DNA of 61,727 nt, counting the filler, from Bonamia ostreae (lineage: Eukaryota): assembly GCA_040357525.1 (NCBI GenBank). It is 14 parts of 14 records of this genome, joined end to end, with 100 filler letters (N's around TTAATTAATTAA, not from the genome) between each part and the next. Parts side by side here need not be neighbours in the genome. Positions count along the whole stretch, not along the records: positions 1 to 4,359 come from JBDODL010000322.1; positions 4,460 to 8,816 come from JBDODL010000323.1; positions 8,917 to 13,265 come from JBDODL010000324.1; 11 more parts are not named here. One strand, written 5' to 3'. Within the stretch, counting starts at the first letter, position 1. Each line of letters begins with the position of its first letter. The translations under genes and the position numbers were made by a program. Below the pieces are notes generated by a model, which was given only the letters and a program-made list of their open reading frames with translations, searched no databases and was not told the origin of the DNA. Shown here one piece after another: positions 1 to 9,779 of the stretch.

Positions 1-26
1 TTGCAGAAAATAAACTGAAAAAAAAG

Positions 27-376
27 GATTCCCTTCGACCGTAATCCACGGCGGAATGGACCAAACAAAACGTCTCCAAACTTACAACGACTTCAAATCG
101 TACGCGCGTCGCGTCCTCGTCAGCACAGACCTGTTCGGCCGCGGAGTGGACATCGAAAGAGTCAACGTAGTCATCAACTACGACATGGCCCCGGATGACG
201 ACACATATTTGCACCGCGTTGGACGCGCCGGCCGCTTCGGAACAAAAGGATTGACGATCAGTTTTGTGTCGAGTGCCGACGATATGGCTTGTCTCGACAA
301 AGTCAAAAAACGTTTTTCGGTCGATATGGACACTTTGCCGGAGACTATCCCAAAAGAAACTTATAGTTTGCAATAA
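27..376 (+). CDS. SUB2: DEAD-box helicase UAP56/SUB2, last exon (partial)
   Basis: [10 protein letters not shown]...[22 protein letters not shown]...[16 protein letters not shown]; exon starts after an AAAAG acceptor at 26. Confidence 0.92.
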
Positions 377-1029
377 AATTTAGCTTTTATATTAAAATCT
401 GATATTTAGCTTTTATATTAAAATGTTTGGGATTTTTGTTTTTGCGATTTTTAAAAATTATTTTCAATAAAGTGACAACGTCGTAACTGAAAGAATAAAT
501 GAAAAAAAGCAATTTCGTTTGAGATTTTTTTTTCGTCATTTCATTAAATTTTGTGTTTTGGAAAGTTTTGGAATGATTTATTTCTGAAAAGTTTTAATGA
601 ACGGAATAAAGAATATAAATTTTGAATTTTTTTTATTTGCGATTGTTAAAAATTTTTAACAATAATCTTTTATCGATTAAAATTTTTGTTTTAATGAGCA
701 AAAATCCAAAATATATAAATCTTCGAAAACGAAGCGTCGGTTTTGGGCTCCAGTTCCTTGGTCTCACAGTTTCCTGTTTTGGAAATTTTGTACAGTTCGT
801 ACATCTTTTCTGTTTTGAAAAACGTTGTCTGATGGCTGAAATCTCAGTCACATTTCGAAGATAGTTACAAAATCTTATGCACAACATTTTGTATTTTTAT
901 CAAATTTTTATTGACTAAAAATGGCTAAAACGAAGCGTCATGACAAAATGGAAAATGGAGAGATTTGATCAAATCTTTATTAACTAAAAATGGCAAAAAT
1001 CTTCGAAAACGAAGCATCGTTTAGTTCAC

Positions 1030-2276
1030 AAGGACGAAATATTTAATTTTATCCGAAAAGCGATGAGGAAGAAGTTAAAAAGAATTTTTGTAAATTAATG
1101 AGAAAAAGACATAATCGATTTTACCTGGACACTCTCCTTTGTTTTTTTCTTTAATAAGATTTTCCAAATGGGGAGAATTTTTGTACGAATTTTCGGTCGA
1201 ATTTTTGGTCGAATTTCCGATAGTTTTTCCGGGCGGTTTTTGGGCTCTTTCAGAGAAACTTTCTTTAACCGCTTTTATGTTTTGACTAAAGAGATGATAA
1301 TGTTGTCCAGCGACAAAGGATGGTGGCGCTATTGAAACGAATTTTCTGAATCCACTTTTTTCTGAAAAAATGTTTTGGTTAAATTTAATCGATTTTTAGA
1401 AAAATTTGTTAAAAATGGCAAACAGAAAAACTAAAAAGTAGTAATGACGCCGTAAGAGAAAATAGATAAGTGAATCCGACGTTTTTTAACGTCAATTTTA
1501 GATTATTTTCCAGTTCTTGTTCGATTATTTTTTCGCTGCTCGTTTTTGGCATTTTTAAATGTTTTGTAACGGAAATTTAGTTAAACGATTTACTTTGTCT
1601 AAAAACAGCAAATATATTTAACCAATGTATAAATATTTGCTAAAATATATTAACTAAAATCGGTATAATTTTATAATCATCGAAGCTTATTTTTTGAAAA
1701 TTTTTAACAACCTCCGATAAAGTTAGCTTTCTGATGATAAAATTCAAACGACTAATTTTCAAAAATTTTTAAGTAGCGCAATTTTTAAATAGATTTAAAT
1801 TTTTTTGTGTAAATTTGTCAATAAAATAGATTTTTGAATTTTTGTAGTCTTTTGATTATTTTTCATAAATTTGAAAAGACATAAAAATCTTGTAAATTTA
1901 AATTGGATAAGATTTTTAATAAAAGCGATATTCAAGTTCAGTAGTAGTACATATTTTTATTCGAATTGACTTTTTCTCCGGGAAGAAGATTTTTGACATT
2001 TTTGAGAGTTGTTTTTAACTTCGATTTGAAATTTAACTCGTTATTTTGGCTCGAATATAAATCAGAAAATAACTTTGCAAATTTTGGGTCATTTTTTTGA
2101 TCTTTTAATTTAGAAGGAATTAAAAGTAAGGATCAACTCTTCAAAATAATTTTTTCCTGAATTTAATTTTTTGATTATTTTTGATATCGTGTTTATTAAT
2201 TTATTCTTTGTAATTTTTTATCAAATAATGATTTCATTGTTGTTTTAACTTCCCGCAAAATGCAAACAGAGTTCAT
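1030..2276 (-). CDS. Probable multi-exon single-pass membrane protein, exon structure unresolved
   Basis: Open segments ...LKNVGFTYLFSLTASLLLFSFS (hydrophobic, about 1425-1555) and RKKWIQKIVSIAPP...GESVQ (about 1125-1365) bounded by GT donors; ends uncertain. Confidence 0.4.
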
Positions 2277-2375
2277 TTCAGAAACTTTTTTTCTAGTTTT
2301 TTTTATATATTACAGTAAAAATAGATGTTGAATAATATTATTTATTTTGATTTAAGTTGTGAAAACAGTTTTTAA

Positions 2376-3014
2376 TCAGTAAAAAATGTGATATCTGTCA
2401 TTTCCTGTCATTTCACAAAACATCCATTCGTTGGTGTATCCACATTTCACGTCACAATGATCATTCTGATTTTTATTTTCTTTAAATCCAGATTTCTGAG
2501 CAACTTCGATAAAATAATCAACGCAACACATCAATTTGTTCAATATCTCTCCGAAAAGAAAACTGTCGAACGTTTCGCTCAATTTTAAAATCATATCGTG
2601 TAGACCATCCAAAGGATCGCTATCGATAACAGACAGATCCTCCTCGAAACAATAAATGTCACTGCTGGCATCAAAAGTCATCAAGATGCTGTTACCGTCT
2701 TCGCAATTAAGCACGCAAAAAGAATATTTTAAATTCTTCTTTGCGACGTGCTTTAAAAAATCGATGCAAAAGACAAATTTCGTGTAGTCGTCGACACATC
2801 TTTTTATTTCTTTCTTGAACTTTTTCATTAATTTTTTGGCAAATTTGAGCGTTTTGTAGCCATCTTCAACTTTTTTTGTTCTGCCGTCTTTTAACTTGAC
2901 TAGCTCACTTTTCATTTCTTTCAGTATTTTTACACATTTTTCTTCCCGAGAGAGATTTTTAAAATTTTTGTCGTCGTTGGAGTTTTTAATGTATTTAAGT
3001 TCAGTTTCTTCCAT
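2376..3014 (-). CDS. Hypothetical protein, 212 aa, intronless
   Basis: Long ATG-initiated ORF in AT-rich DNA; no family recognised. Confidence 0.7.
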   Translation of the reverse strand: MEETELKYIKNSNDDKNFKNLSREEKCVKILKEMKSELVKLKDGRTKKVEDGYKTLKFAKKLMKKFKKEIKRCVDDYTKFVFCIDFLKHVAKKNLKYSFCVLNCEDGNSILMTFDASSDIYCFEEDLSVIDSDPLDGLHDMILKLSETFDSFLFGEILNKLMCCVDYFIEVAQKSGFKENKNQNDHCDVKCGYTNEWMFCEMTGNDRYHIFY

Positions 3015-3132
3015 TTTTGTTTATTGCCGATTATTTGTTACCAATAATAAATCGCCAAGCATTGAAGATTATAAATTCCAAGTACATTTATTGACATGGA
3101 ATTTTTGTAATCACTGATGACATAACAAAACG

Positions 3133-3486
3133 TTATCGATTTTTTTTATTTTTTGTTATTACTAAAAATGAATGAGAACGAAAAATTTTTTTATTTTCAG
3201 TAAATTTTATTATTTCCTTGAAAAGGTCGTTTTCCTTTAAATCGGTCGGAGGCTCTTCCTTCTTTAGAATGAACGACAACAAATCGATGCTTTCATATCC
3301 GTTCATCAAATTTTCCATTTTGAACAATTTTTGTTTGTCCAAATTCGCGTTTTTTATATAATTCATCAAAATCAAATCGAGTTCTCTTAGTCCTCTTTGC
3401 GAAGCCTTAAAAAGAATAATTTTTCGATACTTTTCTAAACTGAATTTAGGGACTTTGTTTAAAAGTTTAATCGTTTTGTTGTTCAT
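3133..3486 (-). CDS. SDHAF2: Succinate dehydrogenase assembly factor 2 (Sdh5/SdhE)
   Basis: KIILFKASQRGLRELDLIL contains the RGxxE motif; DLLSFIL..P C-terminal pattern. Confidence 0.88.
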   Translation of the reverse strand: MNNKTIKLLNKVPKFSLEKYRKIILFKASQRGLRELDLILMNYIKNANLDKQKLFKMENLMNGYESIDLLSFILKKEEPPTDLKENDLFKEIIKFTENKKIFRSHSFLVITKNKKNR

Positions 3487-3959
3487 TTTTTAAAGCTAAT
3501 TTAAATGAATTGTTATTATATTTGTTTTATTAAGTTTTTAGATTTAGACAAAAATTTATTTTGCGTCGAATGATTTGAGATTTTTGTAAAGCGTTGCGGA
3601 TTCCTTCACCCGTCCGTAATTTGCACAAAGAGCTTTTAACTTAAAAAATAAAAATGGTTGAAATTTTGCTTTTTTGTTAAAAAGGCAAAATAATTAATTT
3701 TGGTAAAAAATTAGCCAAAACCTCGATAATAATTTCTTTTCTGTGATTATTTTTGTCCTTCAAAATTTCTTCCATAAAAATACAGAATTCTCGCACGAAA
3801 GAAAGCGCTTTGGGGTTTAAGTAGCAATGGCGAGTTCCTTCTGTCACAAGAACGTTTATAACGTTTTCAGAAAGATTAGTTTTGTTTTTTATTTGTCTTA
3901 AAAATCGCAACGTCGAAACTGACAATTGTGTTTTTATTAAAGCGCTTAAAAGTCTTTTT

Positions 3960-4358
3960 TTATTAATATTTTTTTCGATTTTCGAAACTTTTTTTTTAAT
4001 TTTTTCCGATTTTCGTTTTTTTTTTGGTAATTTACCAATTTTTTTACCGATTTTTTTTAGTTTTTTAATATTTTTAAAAATTTTTTTACCAATTTTTTTT
4101 AGTTTTTCGATAATTTTTGTGCGTTTTTTATCAATTTTTTTTTATAATTTTTGTGCGTTTTTTACCGATTTTTTTCGTTTTTTGGTATTTGTCCAATTTT
4201 TTACCGATTTTTTAGTTTTTTAATATTTTTAAAATTTTTTTACCAATTTTTTTTTAGTTTTTCGATAATTTTTGTGCGTTTTTTTATCAATTTTTTTAAT
4301 TTTTTTTAATATTTTTATGCGATTTTTAACGATTTTTTTTAGTTTTTTAATACCTTTC
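3960..4358. repeat. T-rich degenerate tandem repeat, probably intronic
   Basis: Block of about 100 nt repeated at about 4043 and about 4199; runs into contig end. Confidence 0.7.
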
Positions 4359-4359
4359 C

Positions 4360-4459
4360 NNNNNNNNNNNNNNNNNNNNNNNNNNNNNNNNNNNNNNNNN
4401 NNNTTAATTAATTAANNNNNNNNNNNNNNNNNNNNNNNNNNNNNNNNNNNNNNNNNNNN
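4360..4459. other. Artificial contig linker N44-TTAATTAATTAA-N44 (recurs at about 8817, 13266, 17707, 22134, 26560, 30966, 35371, 39775, 44175, 48568, 52961, 57353)
   Basis: Identical six-frame stop 12-mer inside N runs; intervening contigs shrink steadily (4357, 4349, 4341, 4327, 4326, 4306 nt...). Confidence 0.97.
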
Positions 4460-5403
4460 AAATAATAACACCAAAAATAAAAAACAACAATAAAATAAAA
4501 CAACAATGATTAATTTCAAAATTTTTTGTATTAAAACTTTTGAGTGATCAAAATTCGACCAATTTGGATTACGCTGGAAAATATCGATCCAACGAGAATC
4601 TTCTTTTGCAAAAGCAATTTTTTTAATTTCAAAATTTTGCGGTTTTTCAAAATTTTGCAAATTTTTGGTAATTTTTAACATAATTGTAAATTTTCCGCAT
4701 CGCAAATTTTGAAGTTTTTCGAATCTGATTTGATCTAATTCCGTCAAAAAGTTCTCATCGTCAGAACACTTTGAATTCGAAAAGCCATTTTCACCGGATA
4801 AACGTCCAACCAAAAAAGCCTTCGCCCCAGAAGTCGAATATTTTTCTTTCGAATCGTCAGAGAGGCCATTTAAATTGATCAATTTGTCGACGCAATGTTG
4901 AACAAACAAATTCAAGTTCGAGAGATTTGTGTTTTCGCTCAAAACAATATCAATTTTTGCGTTTTTGTTTTCGGATAAAAATACTTTTATCAAAATTTCC
5001 GGCGAAAATTTTCGAAAATTTTCGCCATTTTTGTTTAAATTTGTTGTAACAGGTTTGAGTGTTTTTTGGTGTTTTATTAATGTTTCTTGATTCTTTTCGA
5101 TCTTAGTCGATGTTGTTTCCTTGTTACCGGTTTCTTTATACGCATTTGGGATGTATTGGTTTTCCAAATATTTGCAAAGTTGCGATTTATTTCTGTAAAG
5201 TTGAATTGCTTTTAGCAAAGCAGTTTTTGGGGAAATTTTGTTGTTAGTTTCTGTATTTTTAAGTTTAAGTAAACAGTACCTTTTTTGTGGTGTATTGAAG
5301 ACACACAACTTGGGTTGGTACATCCATTGTTACCGCAACCAGTCGTTATTTGTTTGAAATAACGCATTATCATTTGTTTTGAGTTGAATTGTTTTTCGTC
5401 CAT
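4460..5403 (-). CDS. AZUL-domain protein, likely UBE3A-like HECT E3 ligase (5' part)
   Basis: RYFKQITTGCGNNGCTNPSCVS...TALLKAIQL after removing a 29-nt intron 5251-5279; truncated by contig end, HECT domain not seen. Confidence 0.8.
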
Positions 5404-5519
5404 TTTTTAAAGCTGTTTATTATTAAATATATCGAAATTTGCTAGTAAACTAAACAATTTATAATATTATATTGAAATCGCTTAATAAATAATCGATCAG
5501 AGCTTAAAATTTGCAGAAA

Positions 5520-5761
5520 ATGGAGAAAATGGAATGTTCAAGTTTTGAGAAAATTAATTAGATACAAACATAAACGAAAAAGAAGTCCCATTTACTGGAA
5601 TCATTAAAGAATGTTCCGAATATTCAAAATCCGAAAGAGATTCGAATGCGAAGTTTAATGAGAACATGAAGAAAAACGACAAACTTAAAGACAATAATTT
5701 TAGTTCAGAAGACATCGAAAAGATGTCGATTTTCAAAAGACGATTTTTGGGATTTGAATAA
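5520..5761 (+). CDS. Small hypothetical protein (73 aa), one 20-nt intron
   Basis: ATG 5520, intron GTTTTG...TTAG 5542-5561 joins to an open frame ending TAA 5761; not in ORF track. Confidence 0.55.
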
Positions 5762-5814
5762 ATTTAGAAGTCAAAAACATTAAAATCACAAATTACAAAA
5801 ATGGCAAAATATAT

Positions 5815-7414
5815 TTATTTGGAAGAATTATCGTTGTGACCGATCGAAGCAGCATAATTGAGGGGGTTCATGGACGGATATGAAAAGTTATCGTCGCCTG
5901 GAATCGATATTCCCTGAGGCGGATTTGGCATATTCACTTTTCGCTTTTCGATCGGGTCATAATAAGATTTCGGCAAACTTTTCATTCCTGGCGGCATTGC
6001 AACTTTTTTTTTAATTATTTTTTAATTTGGACTTCTTTTTATAAAATTTGTAATTAAAATTTAGCTTTTAAAAACAATTGTAAGTTGGTTCAATGTTTTG
6101 ATTATTAGTAGTTTTCGACCAGTTGATTTTATATTTTGTGTCGCCGATGATCAACTGGCCATTTAACTTTTCAATCGCTTCTTCAGCATCTTCTCTGTTA
6201 CCAAAAGTTACAAATCCGCATCCTTTGTCAGGTTTCAGTGCGATTTTTGTTATCTCGCCGTATTTTTTCAGCATTTTGCTATCAATTTATTAAGATTTTT
6301 TGTTCAATTTTTCGTTCAATCGACAACAAAATCACAAAAAAAGTCAATTTTACGATTTTTGGCTCAATCGACAAAATAAAATAAAAAGTCAATTTTGCAA
6401 TTTTTCGTTCAAAATCTAAAAAAAAATCAATTTTACGATTTTTCGTTCAAAATAAAAAAAAATCAATTTTACGATTTTTCGTTCAAAATAAAAAAAATCA
6501 ATTTTAGGATTTTTGGCTCAATCGACAAAATAAAAAAAAGTCAATTTTGCAACTTTTCGTTCAAAATCACAAAAATCAAACCTCAAATCATTTTCTTCAG
6601 TGCTCCCATCGACCCCGCCAACAAAAATGGTCGTTATGTTTTTATCCGTCGGCGGCTCAATGTCACTTCTCTCGTTGTCGTCTCCTCTGCGAGCCCGCAA
6701 CAACTTCTTCGCCACCGGATCGTCTACGCCGTAAAATCTGTTTTTTATGTTTTGATTTCTCAGCTCTTCCGGATATTCATCTCTTTCATGTCTTTTTATT
6801 TGCAATTTATTTTAGCACTAATTCCTAAAAATTGCAATTGCCGAAACCGATAAGGGCAATCGCTCCCTCTTTTGCACTCTCCTTTTTGGAAGAAAGAACA
6901 CAAATGCGGCAGATTGCGCGTGTAATAAGGCCGTTTTCTCGATAAACTGGAAAGAAAGGCCGAAGCTTTCGAATATGGATTCGATCCTTCCGGAAGTCCC
7001 AGAGCAGCGGCAGCTCCTCCGGCTTCCATTTTGCTCTCGAGATTTTCGAACTGGAAATCTCTGTTTGGGACGTTTACGGGAATGTCGATTTTCGCTGTTT
7101 CCGCCATCGCTTTGTCTCTGACCTGGACGGGCAAGCCTTAAAACTCGAAAAAAATAACCGAACTGAAGATCGAGAACACAAGTTTGGCAGACATTTTTGA
7201 GCTGTGCGCATGTTCTACAAATTTGTGTCTTTTTGAATCGGGCTTTGACGCCCGGTCGCCAGCGATAAATTGTAAACGGCCGATCGCATATTTTACATGA
7301 TTGTCCAAAGTCCGTGCGAGTCTTTAGTTTGAGCTTTAAAACCATCCGCAGAAACGGATTGTCGCCCAGACATGTTTCGCAGAGTATTGGGAAGTCGATT
7401 TTGTCGTCGCCCAT
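5815..7414 (-). CDS. RBM22: Pre-mRNA splicing factor RBM22/Slt11, 6 exons
   Basis: FPILCETCLGDNPFLRM/TRTDFGQSCKIC, CVLDLQFGLPVQVRD, CCCH finger [20 protein letters not shown], RRM; introns of 21, 22, about 56, 303 and about 70 nt. Confidence 0.95.
6295..6580. repeat. Intronic tandem repeat (units of about 33-45 nt) in RBM22
   Basis: Recurring aaaatcaattttacgatttttcgttcaaaat. Confidence 0.85.
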
Positions 7415-7518
7415 TATGTTTAGGATATTGTATATATGAGAATAAGATAATAAGATTTAGCAAACATATTTAGCTTTTTTCGTAAACTGTTTTATCGAGA
7501 AATCAAATTATTTTGAAA

Positions 7519-8755
7519 ATGGCGTCCAACTTTGACGAACCTCTTTCTGGACTGACAGAAGCACTTTATGAAGAGTCGGACGTGAAGGGGTTGGACAAAC
7601 GACTATTGAACTTGAACAGGGAAAAACTCAAAAATGACTTAAAAGAAGAAAAAACCAAAAATCAAACTTTTGTCACGCCCAAATTTAGATCTTTGATGAC
7701 GAAACAAATTTATTCAATTTTGGTCCCAAAAACCGAAGCGATTTTTCGGAGAAGAAAAACGGTCATAGAATTCGACACTTCGCACGACTTTTTTGATAGA
7801 AAGTACAAAGAACCAATTCCGAAAAACGTTCTGGGGCGCAAAGACGATCGAGCCGAAGAGAAGGTCCCCATTTAATTTGTTACTTAAAAATAATCAAAAT
7901 AGGCGAAAACAGTCACAGTGGTCGATTCCGACAACATTATCGAAAAAATTAAACTATCTCTCCAAAACTTCAAATCTTCAAATAAAAAAATGGCCAATAT
8001 CGCCAAAAAACAGAATTCAAAGTTGTCGGACAGCGCCAAAAATAATATCACAAAAGTAAAAAAATTCAGCAAAATCGATAGTAGTGAAAGCGAAGAGTTT
8101 TTAAATCAACATAAAAAGCATTTTTGAAAATGTCGGAGCTTACAAATTCAAACCAATGGCAGATTTTGATTTAGAACACGACAAATCCGAAAAAACAAAA
8201 CATAAAATGGACAGAGAAAAAAACAAATTACGGCGCTACAAAACAAACAAAATTCCGGCGTCACAAAACAAAATGTTAAAAGAAAAACCACAAAAACCGC
8301 GCTACAAAAAGCGCAAAAATAATGATTGCGCAAAAGAATCTGAGCACAAAACAGGAAAATCTCCCAAACGATTCTTAAATAGCAGAACCGAAGCTCTCCC
8401 GGCGTCGAAATTGGCTAAAGAAGTCAGAAAGAACTTAGCTCCGCGGAATCGAAAATCGATTTATAGCCGCATCGAAGCAGAGATTAAAGATGAATCGGGA
8501 GCGGCGAAGGAGGAAATAGAAAATGTGGGCTTTAAAGGTGTTTTTAGAGATACAGTCGATCCCTACGATATTTATCCGAACACTGATTTTAATGCCAATT
8601 TGAATGCCGAAAGTGATAGCGAAAAAATGAAAAACAAGCTTAAAAAACCAAATCCCAAATCAAAAAGCTTTAAATCCGGTAAAAAAGTAAAACAAGGAAT
8701 TAAAAAACATGAAAAACAGTGGGAAAAAATCAAACAGAAATTAAAGCAAAATTAA
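7519..8755 (+). CDS. IK: Spliceosomal protein RED/IK, 3 exons (joins three ORF-track ORFs)
   Basis: VKGLDKRLL, FRSLMTKQIY, IPKNVLGRKDD, DIFENVGAY (restored by a 22-nt intron near 8097-8118), C-terminal EKQWEKI. Confidence 0.8.
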
Positions 8756-8989
8756 ATTTTTCGTTAAGAAGATTTGTTAATGGAGCGATTTTTTGTATCC
8801 CTTCCAGCAATTAATANNNNNNNNNNNNNNNNNNNNNNNNNNNNNNNNNNNNNNNNNNNNTTAATTAATTAANNNNNNNNNNNNNNNNNNNNNNNNNNNN
8901 NNNNNNNNNNNNNNNNGAAAGAACAAAAAAAATTGTTTTTTACAAAGAAAAATCGAAAAAAAACAAAAAATTAGTCTTTTATGTAAAAA

Positions 8990-9725
8990 CGGGGATGTCT
9001 AAAGCCGTGATCCAGAACGAGTCCATCGACAAGAACTGAATCAAGAACGCTTTTGTGTTCCATTGTGACCACTTCGACCATGAAAAGATCTGTTTCTCGA
9101 CCTTCTCGGCGAATGGACATAACCGAGTCGACGACGATTCCGGTCAAATGATCCGCTTCCGCGCGCGGCAATTTTGTGCGCAATGAACTGCTCGCGACGG
9201 CGCATATAAATTCTCTGTCCTTTACCAAATCTTCGGAAACGTCTTTCGCGAAGTGTTCTAGAAAGCGCAGAGCGTCTTTTCTGCCCAGTTCTATCCCGTC
9301 GCTAATGTTTCGGGGATGCACGCCATCTGCAACGAGTTGGGCGGATTTTTGCAGAAGCTCCCCGATAAATAAGACGAGCGACGTTGAGCCGTCGCCGCTT
9401 ATTTGATCTTGAGCTGCGGCGTTGCGGGCTATGACGCACGCCGTCGGATGTTCTATTTGCTGTTTTTGCAAATTTTTTGTTTTAAAAGGGCAAAGTTTTT
9501 CGGAAATGTTTTGAAGGACAAATCGGAAACCATTTGCTTTAACAGCACGGCGCCGTCTTTTGTCAAAGTAAGGTCGCCGGCGCCGCTAACAAGCATTTTG
9601 AGCTTTCCTTTAGGTCCGAGGTTTGTTTTTAAAAGCTCTTTAAGTGAAATGGCGGCGCGAACGTTGATTTCCAATGCGTCGACGGAAATTGAGTTCGCGT
9701 TAGGATTAACCATTTGAAGCGACAT
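8990..9725 (-). CDS. CCT6: Chaperonin CCT zeta subunit (5' part)
   Basis: KTNLGPKG..KMLVSGAGD..LTKDG, QIEHPTA, DGSTS, GLVLDHG.RHP; intron 9460-9530. Confidence 0.95.
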
Positions 9726-9779
9726 TTCTAAGTTTTAGTCGATTAGTAATTGTTTTATAACGAATTTGTAATCGAATTG

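Noticed and set aside
3882-4223. Phe-rich membrane-like ORFs (also 36273, 49045, 51103)
   Set aside because: Translations of T-rich repeats or of the antisense of Lys-rich exons
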